Shown: one piece after another, positions 35,196 through 51,069 of the stretch
How positions within the stretch are numbered: the stretch's first letter is position 1
Layout: every line of letters starts with the position of its first letter
Assembly: GCF_001194135.2 (NCBI RefSeq)
Contig: NC_068981.1
Location: 187,897,941 to 187,961,940 of the forward strand
Direction: 5' to 3'
Length of the DNA stretch: 64,000 nucleotides
Source: Octopus bimaculoides
Lineage: Eukaryota
Translations under genes and position numbers: made by a program
Notes under the pieces: generated by a model
Told to the model about the DNA's origin: nothing
What the model saw: the letters and a program-made list of their open reading frames with translations, nothing else
Database searches by the model: none

Positions 35196-38100
35196 CATAC
35201 ACATATACAGCTGCATATATATATGGTATTTAGGTAGTGTGTTACATATCCCAGTGCCCAATTAATTACAGGTACAAACCTCTGTGTGTATGTATGTATG
35301 TATGTATGTAACGACAACCTAATTTTATGTCATTGCTTGAGGCATATTCGAACCTGTAAGAAAGCTATCACTGTATTCAGTCAAGGAGAAAATTTCTCGC
35401 TAGAGACAAATAAGTTTAAATGCACCGAGTCAGTTCGCAGCGCTCCCTATTCAAACCGCTGAAATCATGTATTTCGGAGTCGTTATCTCTTCTTCAGCGG
35501 CAAACACTGGAGAGGTAAACGCTGCGATCTGTATCAATTGATATTCCTGTCATCGCTTAATGACTGGTAGCGCTAGTCAGCCTTTAGCCTTAAATAAAGT
35601 ACAGGCTGAGAGCGTTAAGCAGTGATGTATATAAATACAATATATAATGTAGGCAGATATATACATAGATACAGGCGTTCGATAAAGTAATCAATACATA
35701 TGAAATAGTGTTAATATAATTTGAATTCGAATGCTGGCTATGCGAGAAATCAGCTTTTTCGATTTACTACACACACACAGATACAGATGCATGCACATAC
35801 ACACATACACACACACACATAGTGTATCATGTGCATACAAATTGATGTACAACTACCACTGTAAACTTTAGAGAGTATCCACTATCTAGTCTGCTTCCAG
35901 TACGGTGGTCAAGCAAATACGATGCTTAGTAGTATTTCTAGTTATAATATACAGAAAAAATTTTTAGGAGAAATTACAACAAACATAAATCTGTCATTTC
36001 TTTCTGCGTGGGGTGGTTGTCTGCCACTCTACGTTAGGAGTTCCGAGTGTCCGAGTGCAATTGGATGCTTAACCCCAACGGATCATTAAGGAGCATTTCA
36101 TTGCATTATGTTACAGATATTGTTTCTCTGTAACATGATGCAATAAGATTCCCTGAATCCCTTATCGTGAAAAATCCAATTCCATTTGGCACATCCTGTA
36201 CAAAATTAAAAGAAACACAATGGTGAAACGTACGTAGGAGTAAATTATATAAACTTGGGTTTATCGAAATTTCTCCTACATACATACATAGATACCTAGA
36301 TACATGCGCACACACACACACACGTACGCACGCACACGCACGCACGCACACATACATATGTATATGTGTATAATGCACAAAACTCTCGAACCTTGAGTCA
36401 TTCTATGACTTCTGCTAAATATTAATAAACACACACACACATCACACACACACATACATACACACAGATTATTAAAAGCAATGAACTCAAAAGTAAATAA
36501 AAGAAAATGCGAGATGTGTATTTTGTTATATTGTTGTATTAGCATATCGCTTAAAGGAAGGGAAAGACGTTTGACGTGTCGCATTTCTTGAACGTCAGTC
36601 ATTATCCGAAGAGTAAAAAAGAAAAGTAAGGGAGCATGAAAGAGAGAAAGTGGTTGGTGGAAAAAATTAGGGGTTTTGGAGACAGGAGAGAACAGACAGT
36701 AAATATACTTTGGAGTGAATCTGGCTCCGCCGAGAGCAGAGTCGTAAATCGACGTCAAAATTCACAGTCAATTATGGTTTAGGCGGCTGAATAGCCACTG
36801 GAAGGTCTCCCCCTAAGGCGCTATGGTAAGGGAATAAAGAAGGGAGTAGTGATGAGGGGAACTGTATCGCTTATTGGACTGAAGCCATGCCAGGGCTCTG
36901 GTTATAAGGATTTAGCTGAGAAAAATCTACACCTGCACCTATTTTACGTTTCGTACTGTGTTTCCTGTCAGCTGTGTTTGAGCTGACGGTAGAGAATAAT
37001 TATTCAGGTATTTGACTACTAATTTTATTAGATCGAGCAACTAACTTGGTGGCCCCTCATTGATTAATTATATATGACAACTTCTAATTTACACGAGTGG
37101 TGATGCAGAGATAACTGAGTGAATCTCATGACCAACAACACCACCACCAACAACAATTAAATTACTTTCTGCATTTAGTATTTTCCTTTCTATACACTGT
37201 CGTGGGTAAGACTTTCCATTCAACTTTCTATTGTCAATTAAATACTAAGCACATTATGTCATCTAATTCAGTCAATAGTTACTCAAACATGCATGAAGAT
37301 GATGTATTAGAACTTTCTCGAGGATAACTATCTATTGAAACATTTTCAATTATAAAGCTGTGATCAGTTACATTTGGCACGTTCGTGTATTTAAACATGA
37401 ATAAAGACCTTCGCTGCGGAAACTATCGTACACACGAACGTGATGGATGTATCTGTACAAGGACAGCTTTATTTTAATCATCGCAATTTAGTGTGACAGT
37501 AATTAATTCTTAACTATATCATTAGTGAGGCAATTCAATTAAAATGGATATGTCTTTTTTATTGATTAAAAATAAACATCTAATATCTTTCATAATTTGA
37601 TTATTCAAATACGAACCATGAAAATTACTATGTCAGCCAAAATGTCGTAATTTCTAGTTGATGGGGGAGTGCAGTCAATAACATCAATTACGTCGATACC
37701 AGTACTAGACAGATAATTTATTTTATCGATCACAGAAGGATGAAAGTAAAAGTTTTCCCTTTCGGGATTCGAAACATAATTTAAAGAAATACCAATTGTT
37801 ACGAAATACATTTCAATCGGTATTTTATCGATTCTGCCATCCATTCAGACATCGGCCATATTATGTTTTATCATTTTCCTTGGTTCACCCTCAATGTTAA
37901 AGACCACACTTTCATACTATTTACTCGGATAGTTGGAGAATAGGTCTTGCCAGAGCTTACTCTACTGTTCATTCGAAGGCACATGGATGCTTCTGCTTTT
38001 TCGATAGGCAGCGTTTTATAAATATCCTCCCAGAACTTTTGATAATGGATTCGTTGAACAAAGAGACATCCTTTTTGTAACATCTCTCCCAAGCAGTAGT

Positions 38101-38390
38101 TTATCCGAAACATCTTTCTGTTCTGTTGCAATAGCAACCCTATATCACTGTGTTATCCTTACATTTTAAAATCTATATTGCTTTTTTTTTTAGTCCTATT
38201 CATAAAAGTGTTTACCACTTTTTCTCTTTATTCAATTGTCATCGCTTCTTTTACGCTTGTCTTTTTATTTCAACATTTTCAAATTGCTTTAAAAATATTT
38301 GAGGGCCTCTTTTGCGCCAACGTTTGTGTCTGAAACAACTTTTTGCTAATCCAGAGGAAGCCATATTACGCTAAAATTAGACAATGTCAA

Positions 38391-38501
<111 letters not shown>

Positions 38502-38597
38502 TTAAACAATTTCGAATGACAAAACAATATATTTCCATCGTAGACTAATAAAATAGGAAAAAATTTGGGGGTTCAGAATTCCTTTATTGCAAGCATT

Positions 38598-38960
38598 ATT
38601 CATTCATCCGTCTGTTGTTGTTGACAATGATCGAGGACATCATCTGGGAGAAGAATAAGGTGTCAAGGCACGGTGTCAGGCTCTGGCTAGTCAGTCCGAT
38701 GCGTGCTCGGAAGACTCTGCCGCAGGTCTAGCACTAATGGTCTGCTAGAACTGAAGACGAGGAGTTGGCTCTCGACTTTGTGCCCCTGCAATCCTGTTCT
38801 CTTCGTAGGAAGTGGCATCTCGGTCCGTGCAGTTTCCCTGGGGAGGGCAAAACCAGCAGCAACTGCAATAAAAGTAATTATTGCTTCTATGTGAAGCACA
38901 AAGCCAGTAGTTTTTGGTGTGACGACGTTCAGTCGATTTTATCAACTCCCAATACCTCAC
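38598..38960 (-). mobile_element. RTE-clade LINE 3' end, degenerate
   Basis: Minus strand EENRIAGAQ.. then CGRVFRARIGLTS (38686-38724), the RTE C-terminal zinc-finger motif; (ATGA)n tail. Confidence 0.75.
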
Positions 38961-40311
38961 AGAATGCTTGTTTCATTAATTTTGTGAAGAAAATGCAAAA
39001 TTTACTTTGGAAGTAAAGACCTCAAACTAACTTTGCAAGGTATTTTCTCCAAAGCACCTATAACGATTCTAACAGTGTATCACCCTTAAGTGTTTCTGAT
39101 TTAGGCACAAGTAATTTTGAGGAGAGGGGCCAGTCGATTTCTTCTACCGCAGTTGTTTCCAAGTACTTTATTTTATCAATCCTGAAAAATTAGACAACAA
39201 TAAATTTGAAATTAAGCACAAAGCTAGAAATTGAAGACAAGGTATAATATATTTGATCGACCACGAAAGATAAAACCCAAAGTTGCCCTCGATGGGATTT
39301 GAACTCGTAAATGTAAAAGATACAAAAGATATTTTTCTGCAAAGTATTCTTTCAACGCCCCCAACGTTTCTGCCAATGTATCACTCCCTGATTACTTACA
39401 TAAACTAGAAATTGGGGCGCGGGTTCAGTCGTTCAACTAACTCCAGTACGTGACTGGCAGTTTATTTTGGCTACCCCAGTGAGATGAAAAATAATGTTGA
39501 CTTTGGCGTGATTTGAACTTAGAACTTAAAGACACATAAATGTGCTAGCTACACAATCTATTCTTTAACACATCCTTCAAATATACAGTATAGCTGTTAC
39601 CCTATATATATATATATATAAGATATTGTGATGTTTATTATTTGATGTTTCTTTGTGTTTTATATATTACATTCATTTTGACAACTACGCATGTCACTAG
39701 TATATGCAATCAATCATTTCTATGCAGACTCGAATATAAACAGAATTGTCAGTTGTAGCGTTGTGGGATTAGGATTTCTTATCTCTTCTACACATTGAAA
39801 TAATTTTGTTCTGTTATTTTTTTCGATGTAACATTTATAACAAATATTTTTACAGAATAAAGACATTGAATTAAGCCAATGAAGTGCTTCCACAAATGTA
39901 ATAAAATACATATGTTATGCAGCTGCTGATATTCACCAGATTTTCTCACGTTTCTGTTGACCTGGAAAACATAAATTTCTCTTCTTCAAATCAAAAATTA
40001 GTTATAGTTTTCTCAAACAGAACTTCACATACTTCTGGGTAACCATTTAATAGGTTTAAACGCGATGTCTTGAACAAATATTTCTCTTACTTCGTCTTCA
40101 TTTTTGATATTAAAGAATATCAAAAGATCGATACCATCCATCAGCAAACAGTCTTGCATTTTTATGTGCCAGGGGGTGAGTATTCGTGAAAAAAAAATCG
40201 ATAGCGAGCTAAAACCAGAAGCAAAATGTAAATAGATATTATGCAGGCATACACATAGATATGCATAAAACAAACGTTTGTGTGTAATAGTGTCTGTATA
40301 TGCACAGAATG

Positions 40312-40360
<49 letters not shown>

Positions 40361-41229
40361 TAGATATTTGTTGCATACAAAATTACTTAGTCACACAAGA
40401 ATTTGTTGCGTACAAAATTATATAGGCACACAAGCCTATGTTTATGTAAATATACGTAGGCATTTAGCATTTGTTTGTACACTTTTTACCAAACCAGCCG
40501 GCTGAGGAGCGAGATTGTCTCTGACGATGGTAATTCCTTCAATATTTTACACTCGTGAGATTGATACGGTTTAAGTTGAAAAATCTGTAAATGAATAAGT
40601 TTAGGAAAACCTGATCGGAAAGGAATTGCAATGTTTTGCATTTCTGAGGTAGATGGATTGGGAGAAATATTTCTTTAGAAATATATTAAAGATAAGAAAC
40701 ATGATCTGTAGGTTTGATTGTTCTGAGAAGTGAAAATCGATTAGTTGTTTCAGTGGAACAAAAGCCCTTGATGAAAATACAATCAGTTGTGAGAGAAGTC
40801 GTGAGATTCTGAGACAATGGTTAGCGTTGTTATTGCTTAACTCCAAGTCATCTATTTTCGAACGGATTCACACAAAGCTAGTTTGTCTGGAGAGACGGAG
40901 CATGTATGAATTTCTGGTGCGATTAGGCGATTGAAAGATCAAGTCTCCTCTTTGTCTTCGTGTCTGTAACTCATCTTCAACTGGGTTAGGCTGAAATGAA
41001 GTGACTAGCATGTTTTATTCTTGAAAAATGAATCTACGAATTAACGATCGTGAGCCCAATACATCAACGACCAGGTCACTCGCCATTAACGCATGGCCAC
41101 ATAGCAATAGTTGAAGCCAGTATCAGAATACAAGAAATGATTAACATTGAAGCTGGAATAGGTCGGTGGATGGACGAACATGTTGCTTGTCCATCGATTG
41201 GAGTGGAATCCAGAATATATACACATATG

Positions 41230-41261
<32 letters not shown>

Positions 41262-42020
41262 CGCATACATATGCATATTTATAGATACGCACTAGACAAT
41301 TTGTCACATACAGAAGTTAGCTCTGGAGTGCATCGCATGAAGGTAATGTAAAGAATAAAATAGAGACTGGCTCTTAGAGGAATTCAGTGATGGGAGAAAT
41401 TTTAGGACGTATCAACGGTGAAGGAATTAGATGTGGGAAACAGTGTTTGTGAGGTGTTTTATTATGTGTGTCATGAGAATTTAGGAGTGAAATGGGGAAC
41501 AAATGTGAAGCTTCCTTCAGCTTGTTTGAAGAAATGCTGTGCAGGAGGGACTTCTTAATGATGACAGAATATTTTGTCAAGAAACCAATCGGTCCCTCTA
41601 CAATTTAGAATCGGGAATCATGTGTCATGTACGAAACTATTTTTTACTTTGCACATGGTAACCTTGCAACCAGGCAGTTGACGAGTTTGATCAGGTATTG
41701 GAAGTAGTGTTCATTGTATGCACTGCTGTAGCATAGCTGTGTGCGAACTGAACTAGAACGGCCGTGTAGACTTTAAGTTTAGCGGTGAGAAATAGACTAT
41801 GATATTTTATATATTTTGCAAGAAAACGAGCAGGTGTTGATATCAACTGCTTGGAGCAGTTGACGGTAACAAACAACTCGGTTTCTCCGTCAGTTGACGT
41901 GGTATTGAACGAGAGCAAGGTTATGTTGTGTACATTGTAGAAACGGAAGAGTATAACTTCAGAAACAGCAATACGAATTCGGTTTTCATTACAGGAAGTC
42001 TGATTATCATTGAAGAGTAC

Positions 42021-42025
<5 letters not shown>

Positions 42026-42118
<93 letters not shown>
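42026..42118. repeat. (GA)n microsatellite
   Basis: Direct tandem repeat. Confidence 0.95.
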
Positions 42119-42119
<1 letters not shown>

Positions 42120-43136
42120 AGAAGTATTTAGAAGAATAGAAAAGACATTCTTGACGCAGATTGAGAAGCTAAGAGGTAAGAATGAAGGTGTTTTTGTATA
42201 CGAAGAAAACCTTTCTGAGCAATGCAGGAATATAGAATGTAGTATGAGCAAGAAAGATGAATTAGAGTTATACAGTAAGAGACTTGAGAGCTCTGTATAT
42301 GGCTTGTATGTTAAGGAGCTGGTGGGTAAATTATGACTCTGACCAAAATTATGAAATATTGAATGAAAAAGGTGAATGAAAATTGTCTAAGGCTATAAGT
42401 TATGTTTCATAAATGGTTACACTTTCATCTCTCTTTTTTGTTTTACGTTTATTGCCCATCCTCTACGATCCCTGTAAAAATATGTTAAGCAGTGGATGCT
42501 GGTGAATTATATAACATTCCTTTCGAAGTTCTGTTCTCGTTAGGCCATCAATCATGAATTGCAAAGGATTCGGGATTATGCGCCAGAAAACACAAAATCC
42601 TCTCCAAGCGTTTGTGTCTGATCTACAATACATAACGAAACTATGGATCATCCTACCGAGTGACCCTCACTTGCGACTGGGTTGTGTATGAATATGTATG
42701 GATGTATGTGTGTGTTTGAGAATGCGTGAGCACAGATCTATAATAACTATAGAATCAGGGGGAAAAATATATAGACAAAGATCTATAAAATGCACAGCTA
42801 TAGCGCAAAAGGGAATGAAGTGTACAGAGAAATGGAATCATATAACAGAGCTGAAGAAGTAAATAATGAATTTACAGTTTGTATTAATTACAAATATGGA
42901 CGATATAAAAGATCTTTAATTCTGCTGCTGCAAACTCTGTAGACGTACATAATGGTTAAGTCAATAGATTATCCTCTCCATTTCGTTCATTCCCGCTGTT
43001 TCGCATCCCTAAGCAACAATAACCGTTATCAATCAATAGTGAAAAGTCATATTAATTAAATCCGTTAGGCACTGATAAATAACATGTTTGCATGCAGAGA
43101 AATATGGAAATTCATGTTCACACAATAAACCTAGAT

Positions 43137-43179
<43 letters not shown>

Positions 43180-43797
43180 AATAAAATATATTCAAATAAA
43201 TGAGCATGTGTATGTACATACATATATTCATATATANNNNNNNNNNNNNNNNNNNNNNNNNNNNNNNNNNNNNNNNNNNNNNNNNNNNNNNNNNNNNNNN
43301 NNNNNNNNNNNNNNNNNNNNNNNNNNNNNNNNNNNNNNNNNNNNNNNNNNNNNNNNNNNNNNNNNNNNNNNNNNNNNNNNNNNNNNNNNNNNNNNNNNNN
43401 NNNNNNNNNNNNNNNNNNNNNNNNNNNNNNNNNNNNNNNNNNNNNNNNNNNNNNNNNNNNNNNNNNNNNNNNNNNNNNNNNNNNNNNNNNNNNNNNNNNN
43501 NNNNNNNNNNNNNNNNNNNNNNNNNNNNNNNNNNNNNNNNNNNNNNNNNNNNNNNNNNNNNNNNNNNNNNNNNNNNNNNNNNNNNNNNNNNNNNNNNNNN
43601 NNNNNNNNNNNNNNNNNNNNNNNNNNNNNNNNNNNNNNNNNNNNNNNNNNNNNNNNNNNNNNNNNNNNNNNNNNNNNNNNNNNNNNNNNNNNNNNNNNNN
43701 NNNNNNNNNNNNNNNNNNNNNNNNNNNNNNNNNNNNNNNNNNNNNNNTATATATATACATACATATACACACAAACACATACACACACACGTATATA

Positions 43798-43828
<31 letters not shown>

Positions 43829-44459
43829 AGTTGCGTACGTCCTGGGTGGGCTGAAACCCATTGTATTCTTAATGCAGCGCTCGATATGAACTCTTGGCTA
43901 TCTATATTTCTATCCTGGGACTTTGAAATAGGAGCAGTTCTACTGATGCAGGAACACCAGGTACTTAACTGGTAAATCCAGTTTGTAAGCATTTCGGGTA
44001 GTAAAATATAAGTCAGAAGACAAAGACTGCATCTAACGCATTTTAATAATCGTTACAATTGTTTCTGTGCCTCTTGCAATATGAATATGTCGGAATGATA
44101 TATTTCAATTAAGTCTTAAATCGTGCTTTTATACGTAAGCAATGACAAGTACAAGTTCTCCGCTTAGGAGGAATTTCAACCATGTTTCGTGGTCTGCTAC
44201 CACAACAGCTCCTGTATAGGATCCAGTTAGCTCAAGACATCATCGGGAGGAACCACGTACGGTTTCGGCCCCTACTCCTCTACCGTTTTGACGTGATTTT
44301 TGTAGACTTTTCCTACACGATTTAGACATCTGACTACTTTAACTGTGCATGTTCGTGTGCCGATGTGAGTGAATATGTATATATTATCCGGCGATATTTA
44401 AGTCGATCTTAGTGCAGTGCTGTGTTCAATTTAATCGACAATATCTTCCCTCCAAAATT

Positions 44460-44668
44460 TATGGCAGAAATGTTAGCACGCCGTGGGAAATGCTTAGCGG
44501 TATTTCGTCTGTCTTTATGTTTTGAGTTCAAATTCCTTCGAAGTCGACTTTGCCATTCATCCTTCTTGGGATTGACAAACTAAGTACCAGTTGCGTACTG
44601 CGGTCGATCTACTCAACTGGCCCACTCCCCCAAAACTTCGGACTGTGTGGCTAGAGTAGAAAAGGATA
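44460..44668 (+). mobile_element. SINE family A (tail 1)
   Basis: GGCAGAAATGTTAGCACGCCG..GAGTTCAAATTCC..GGCTAGAGTAGAAAAG. Confidence 0.85.
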
Positions 44669-45073
44669 TTTAAACTGATCTCATTGGTCGTCTCTGCTAA
44701 GAAGAAACAGCCATTCACACCAACCCACTTCCTTCATATACGAACGCATGAGTATCTAAATATAATGATGATCGATTTACGAACTTTACAGTTGTACACA
44801 ATCTGTAAGGAAATTATACGAAATTTTGAGGAAAAATATCTTGATTAACAAGATAACACAATGTGACTACTTTTGCATATCTAAACGACAATCTCTTTCT
44901 CATACATACGTATGTACATACATACATGCATACATACATACAATCATGTACATACATATATATGTATATATATATTATATATATTCATACATATACATGT
45001 ATATGCATGTATGTGTGTGTATATATATGTATATATATATTATATATATACGCATATAGATAAATAGATGGAT

Positions 45074-45117
<44 letters not shown>

Positions 45118-46530
45118 TACAGAAGGTAGTGTGGAAGCGATATTAGGATAAAATATACGGCGAATATGTCGCAGTGAGTATGGCGGAAAATTAGCATTAA
45201 AATCATAAATTTGATTTCATATATTTTTAGTGCTTGAGAAAATATAAGCGAATACTAGAAGTAATTAACAGTTATTGCTAATCGTAATGTATGAAATATT
45301 ATACATAATAAACATAAAACTTGTTTACGAGATAAGAAATATTTATCACCGGTTCACCTTTGAATATTGCACATTTGTATTGGGTAAAGCAAACTTAACA
45401 TATACATGCATACAAATACAACTACACACAACAGGCACGCACGCACACACACACACACACACACATACATACATACAAACATACATACATAGACACAAAG
45501 TGTGAGCTCATAATGTGTGTGTACAAAATATGCATGTATTCATGTCTGTGTACATTCATGTACATATGTACGCGTATATATCAATATATATATGCGTATA
45601 TATGCACATATATGCATATATATATATATATATATATATATANNNNNNNNNNNNNNNNNNNNNNNNNNNNNNNNNNNNNNNNNNNNNNNNNNNNNNNNNN
45701 NNNNNNNNNNNNNNNNNNNNNNNNNNNNNNNNNNNNNNNNNNNNNNNNNNNNNNNNNNNNNNNNNNNNNNNNNNNNNNNNNNNNNNNNNNNNNNNNNNNN
45801 NNNNNNNNNNNNNNNNNNNNNNNNNNNNNNNNNNNNNNNNNNNNNNNNNNNNNNNNNNNNNNNNNNNNNNNNNNNNNNNNNNNNNNNNNNNNNNNNNNNN
45901 NNNNNNNNNNNNNNNNNNNNNNNNNNNNNNNNNNNNNNNNNNNNNNNNNNNNNNNNNNNNNNNNNNNNNNNNNNNNNNNNNNNNNNNNNNNNNNNNNNNN
46001 NNNNNNNNNNNNNNNNNNNNNNNNNNNNNNNNNNNNNNNNNNNNNNNNNNNNNNNNNNNNNNNNNNNNNNNNNNNNNNNNNNNNNNNNNNNNNNNNNNNN
46101 NNNNNNNNNNNNNNNNNNNNNNNNNNNNNNNNNNNNNNNNNNNNNNNNNNNNNNNNNNNNNNNNNNNNNNNNNNNNNNNNNNNNNNNNNNNNNNNNNNNN
46201 NNNNNNNNNNNNNNNNNNNNNNNNNNNNNNNNNNNNNNNNNNNNNNNNNNNNNNNNNNNNNNNNNNNNNNNNNNNNNNNNNNNNNNNNNNNNNNNNNNNN
46301 NNNNNNNNNNNNNNNNNNNNNNNNNNNNNNNNNNNNNNNNNNNNNNNNNNNNNNNNNNNNNNNNNNNNNNNNNNNNNNNNNNNNNNNNNNNNNNNNNNNN
46401 NNNNNNNNNNNNNNNNNNNNNNNNNNNNNNNNNNNNNNNNNNNNNNNNNNNNNNNNNNNNNNNNNNNNNNNNNNNNNNNNNNNNNNNNNNNNNNNNNNNN
46501 NNNNNNNNNNNNNNNNNNNNNNNNNNNNNN

Positions 46531-46571
<41 letters not shown>

Positions 46572-49500
46572 CTGTCCAGCATGTGAGTGTGTACGTTGTG
46601 TAGTTGTTCTCTCAATTTATTCCTTTATCAAAGTTAGAGAAAGACAGAAATGTCAAGTTAGTTATCTCTTTTCTTCTTACACAAAATAAAAGAAAAAAAA
46701 AAGTCGGCGGTGATTGTGATCTCTATAGCTAATTTGTGCAGATCAACTCGATAAATCATACTGTATAGAAGAATTGTTATTATTTTTCTCTTTTCCAGTT
46801 AAATCACAATGACTTACTTGCTATCCTCGCTAGCAACACACACTCCAGCTCCACTGTCCTTACATATTAATGATCCACGCGCTAGACCTGCACTACTTCT
46901 GTGTACAAAGAGATTGTGTATTCCATTCAATGTAGAAATAACAATTAAGTCTTTTTCAAAAGCACAAAGACACAATCGCCCCACACATTTATCATGAAAA
47001 CAGTAAGCTAGTACTCTGTATCCAGTAAACAGTACCGTACTTCGTCGCCTATAGTCATGAATAAAACACAATTGAATGCTTTCGGTTAGTCTCTCACGAT
47101 CTCTGGTACCCTTTGAAATCGATCCCACATATGTAAGATTGACAAACTTTCATCACAGACTATGATCCTGGTTTAGAGTACAAAGTACAATCGAGAACTG
47201 TACATATATAGCACTGTGTTGTTCCTTTCGTGCACAAATTCAAGACCCTTGACTGCAAATGAAATATGCTACATGAATTATCAAAGTACACAAGTTCAGA
47301 GATGCTTTCTCTCTGTACCTATTTTATTAATAGTACAACGGCTTTTGTTTCTTCTGCAACTAATACAAAAGTATCTGACTCTACCATTAGTTTTCTACAT
47401 TCAGAAAGCAAACAAAATGTATTGAATATTTTTAAGCATTAAATAGAAAAAATATAGTAAGAAAAATGACAACTTTCATGCTTTTCAGTAATATATTGTC
47501 AAACCCGATGACAGGTAAGCGAATGAGATAAATGGAACACTTTGAAAGTGTCAAATTCGACTAAAATATACACATCGTTCCAGACCAATTTTGACATATT
47601 TTACTGAAATTTTAATATCACAGAAATATTTATTAGCAATATATCAAACAAGACTCAGATTTGTATAGCTTGAAAATAACTATATACACCAAGATATTAA
47701 GACAAAATAGAAGCCAGTAAGAGAAGTGAAATGACATACAATACAAACTGGAAATGTAGTTACAGATGTATGTGTGTGTGTGTGTGTATGTGTGTGTATG
47801 TGTGCATTCGATGTGTGTGCGATTGTGAATTTCAAGAAATACGTATGTTTATATGTGTGTATTTGTATTCATATATATAACATCAACATACACATATACA
47901 CGCATACATATGCATGCAAAAAGTATGTTTTTATATATACATGCATGCGTGTGAGTATACACATTTTATGATTTCGCTTAATCATAGTGACGCATATAAC
48001 CATTTGTTAGAATTTAATATACTTATGCTTTAGAGTAATGTTTTGGGCGGATGCAGAGCATTAGAACAGTTAATGATTTACAAAAGGACATTCCCCAGTT
48101 ACGTATTCCCCTTCATTAACTTACAACTGTTTCTACTATAAGGAGTAAAACATATATATGTACATGCTCGTAAAATTTGAAACCAATATTTTGCTAATTT
48201 TATAACGGTTAACATTTCATACTTAACTCAATGGCAAATATGTTGAACTGTTTTAAATTTTGATCTACTATTAGGTAGACTTTTATCAGATTCCATAGCG
48301 TTCACTTTTGACTTTTTTATATACACAATCAGTAATTTGTAACAAAGAGGTCAGCATGCTTTGATACATTTAATCTTCAATTATGATAACATTTATTTTT
48401 AAGAATTTGAAAATGTTTCAGTAGTCAGTCTTTCGTAAGAATCTTAAGATATTAAAGATTACATAACCACAACAAACACACCAATCATTATCATTAACAA
48501 ATATAATATTGGAAATAAACGTGCGAATGGACGTGATATAAATGTCCATAAAAATATAGCTACTACTAACGAAAGCGTTTTCAGCATTCATTTTTTCCTT
48601 ATTTTGTAGGGATGGGGTTAATAATTTATCGGCAATAAATTAAGTACGGAATTAGTAAATTATATGACTAGAGATAGTTTAAATAGTTTAATGCGATGCA
48701 AATGGTAATGTACAGAGTATAATTATTGATACATGATATAATCCACATTTTAATGAGGATACATTATTTATAAGCAAACATTGACAAATGTGCATGTACT
48801 TATTTGTTTAATACGCACACACACTCTATAATAGATAGTCATATATACGAAACATACTCCTCTGTTAAACGCTTTGCTATTACTTTAATTTACAATAATT
48901 TTACAGTATCTGGATATTTAGCCAAAACTGTAAGTTCATCGTGTTATTAACAACAAACAATTCGCCTCCGCTTTTATTTAATTACCACAGTGCTCTCTGA
49001 AATTCACATGAAAGTGATTTCTTCCAACGATAATTTATGATTCATTCTAATGATATTGAAACCATTTCAGTTCTTTACATTTTTAATTATGACTAATCAG
49101 TCTCGAGACATTGAACCTAAAGTAGTCCTTATTTTTCAAGCAAAGCATAACCACCCATTCTGCAAATATAACATTTCCTGTGCTGCTACCTTTCTATCAC
49201 AACTTAACCATTTGGATTTGAAAACATGAAATATGAAATAATTCTATCAGTCAAATTGTTCATTTGATTGCAAAATATGGTGAATTGCTTTCGCCCACAA
49301 ACCTTTCAATTCAAAGAGAAAATCTAGACATAACACACATACTTTTAATCATCAAGATACGTAAAAAAAGTAATACTGTTTTTATTGACACTGAATACTC
49401 AATTTCTTTGATATAAAATAACGATTTAATTGAGAAATGAAATTGCTTGATAAGAATCATTTAAGGATACTTTGTTATAAATCCCGTTGTACTGCTTTCG

Positions 49501-50233
49501 TTCCCGAACTGGGAATGCTTTAATAGAGTGTGAGGCTGCATTTCTAATGAACAGCAATCATTTTTGTCCATTTGTAAACTTCACTTCAACCAAGAAGTAA
49601 CAGATAATTGCATATGATGATCAATCAAATAAGCTTTTAACAATTTTCTCATGTAATGACGATGTTATAAGGTAAAAATTAAAAAAAAAACATTTTGAAA
49701 TTAAATCTCATTGTAAACAACTTAGTGGACCTGTAGCTTGTAAATATTCTTCTCACTTCATTGCCGTTTATGCTATGACTGAATGGCAAGGAACTCGTTA
49801 TATTTCTACTTATACATGGAATATGAATGATGTAAATTTGTATTTACGATACGCAATAGATTTTTCTTGATGTAAGACAAGAAAGTGTCTGAATGTAGTA
49901 TGCAAGTTATTTCATCAGATAAATCTCCTGTGTGGCTACGTGATGTGTTTGCATCGATGATGAAATTGGAATCGATTCTGCAGACAATATCATCAAGTCA
50001 AACGACATTGCGAAATTATATGGAAACTTTGGATTATAGGGAATCATAATTGTTAGGTCAAATATTGATCCTTTTATAATTGCAAATTAATAGATCGATG
50101 CATTCTCTAAACATATCAAAATGACAAATTTATTGGAAATGTTTCAGCAAAACTTTAACGTTCCAATATCATTGCTATCTACCTATAAGTATTTGCCTTC
50201 TGACATTGTCTGGCTGTATGTGTCACTGAATTA

Positions 50234-50338
<105 letters not shown>

Positions 50339-51027
50339 CATAAAACCTGTGTATGGTCTTACGTATATAAAGCTGTAAGAGACATAACACCCAAACCAAT
50401 ACAATTCTCTATGGTTTCGGTGATGACTAAACATCGTTGAGAGATTTGGTTTCGTTCTCTGCACTGAATCCGAAAGTAGAGATTCTTTACTCTTCGAACC
50501 AAACGTGACCATCCATTCTGTGCATATAAGCTTTGTTGCGCTGCTTCTCTGTCAGCTAAATATAATTATCATACCCGACTCGGTATTATCTTGCCTAATT
50601 AACCGAATTAACATATATACTTAGGCGATTCCTCAAGATACAAAGGTTAATTCCCTGCTTGGTTACTTATTAATCTATTTCAAACATACACACACACACA
50701 CACACACACATATATATGTATGAATGCGCAAATATGTATACGTATGAATATATATATATATATATANNNNNNNNNNNNNNNNNNNNNNNNNNNNNNNNNN
50801 NNNNNNNNNNNNNNNNNNNNNNNNNNNNNNNNNNNNNNNNNNNNNNNNNNNNNNNNNNNNNNNNNNNNNNNNNNNNNNNNNNNNNNNNNNNNNNNNNNNN
50901 NNNNNNNNNNNNNNNNNNNNNNNNNNNNNNNNNNNNNNNNNNNNNNNNNNNNNNNNNNNNNNNNNNNNNNNNNNNNNNNNNNNNNNNNNNNNNNNNNNTT
51001 GGTTACTTATTAATCTATTTCAAACAT

Positions 51028-51062
<35 letters not shown>

Positions 51063-51069
51063 CATATAT

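Noticed and set aside
40700-40900. Possible Gypsy RNase H remnant (VEQKPL..RQWLALL)
   Set aside because: Two weak motifs in different frames; insufficient by eye.
43826-43960. DSQ..IQWVSAHPG on the minus strand, like LINE RNase H
   Set aside because: Motif spacing is far too short and there is no GNE/AD motif.
44178-44208. Hairpin GTGGT/ACCAC followed by GAAAC on the minus strand
   Set aside because: The CUGANGA core is incomplete and no stem I forms.
44257-44285. GG..CCGAAACCGTA on the minus strand
   Set aside because: Core CGGTAGA has two mismatches and stem II is only 2 bp.
46880-47000. TC..IVYSIQC, GIY-YIG-like
   Set aside because: Stops and no YIG or RxxEH motif.
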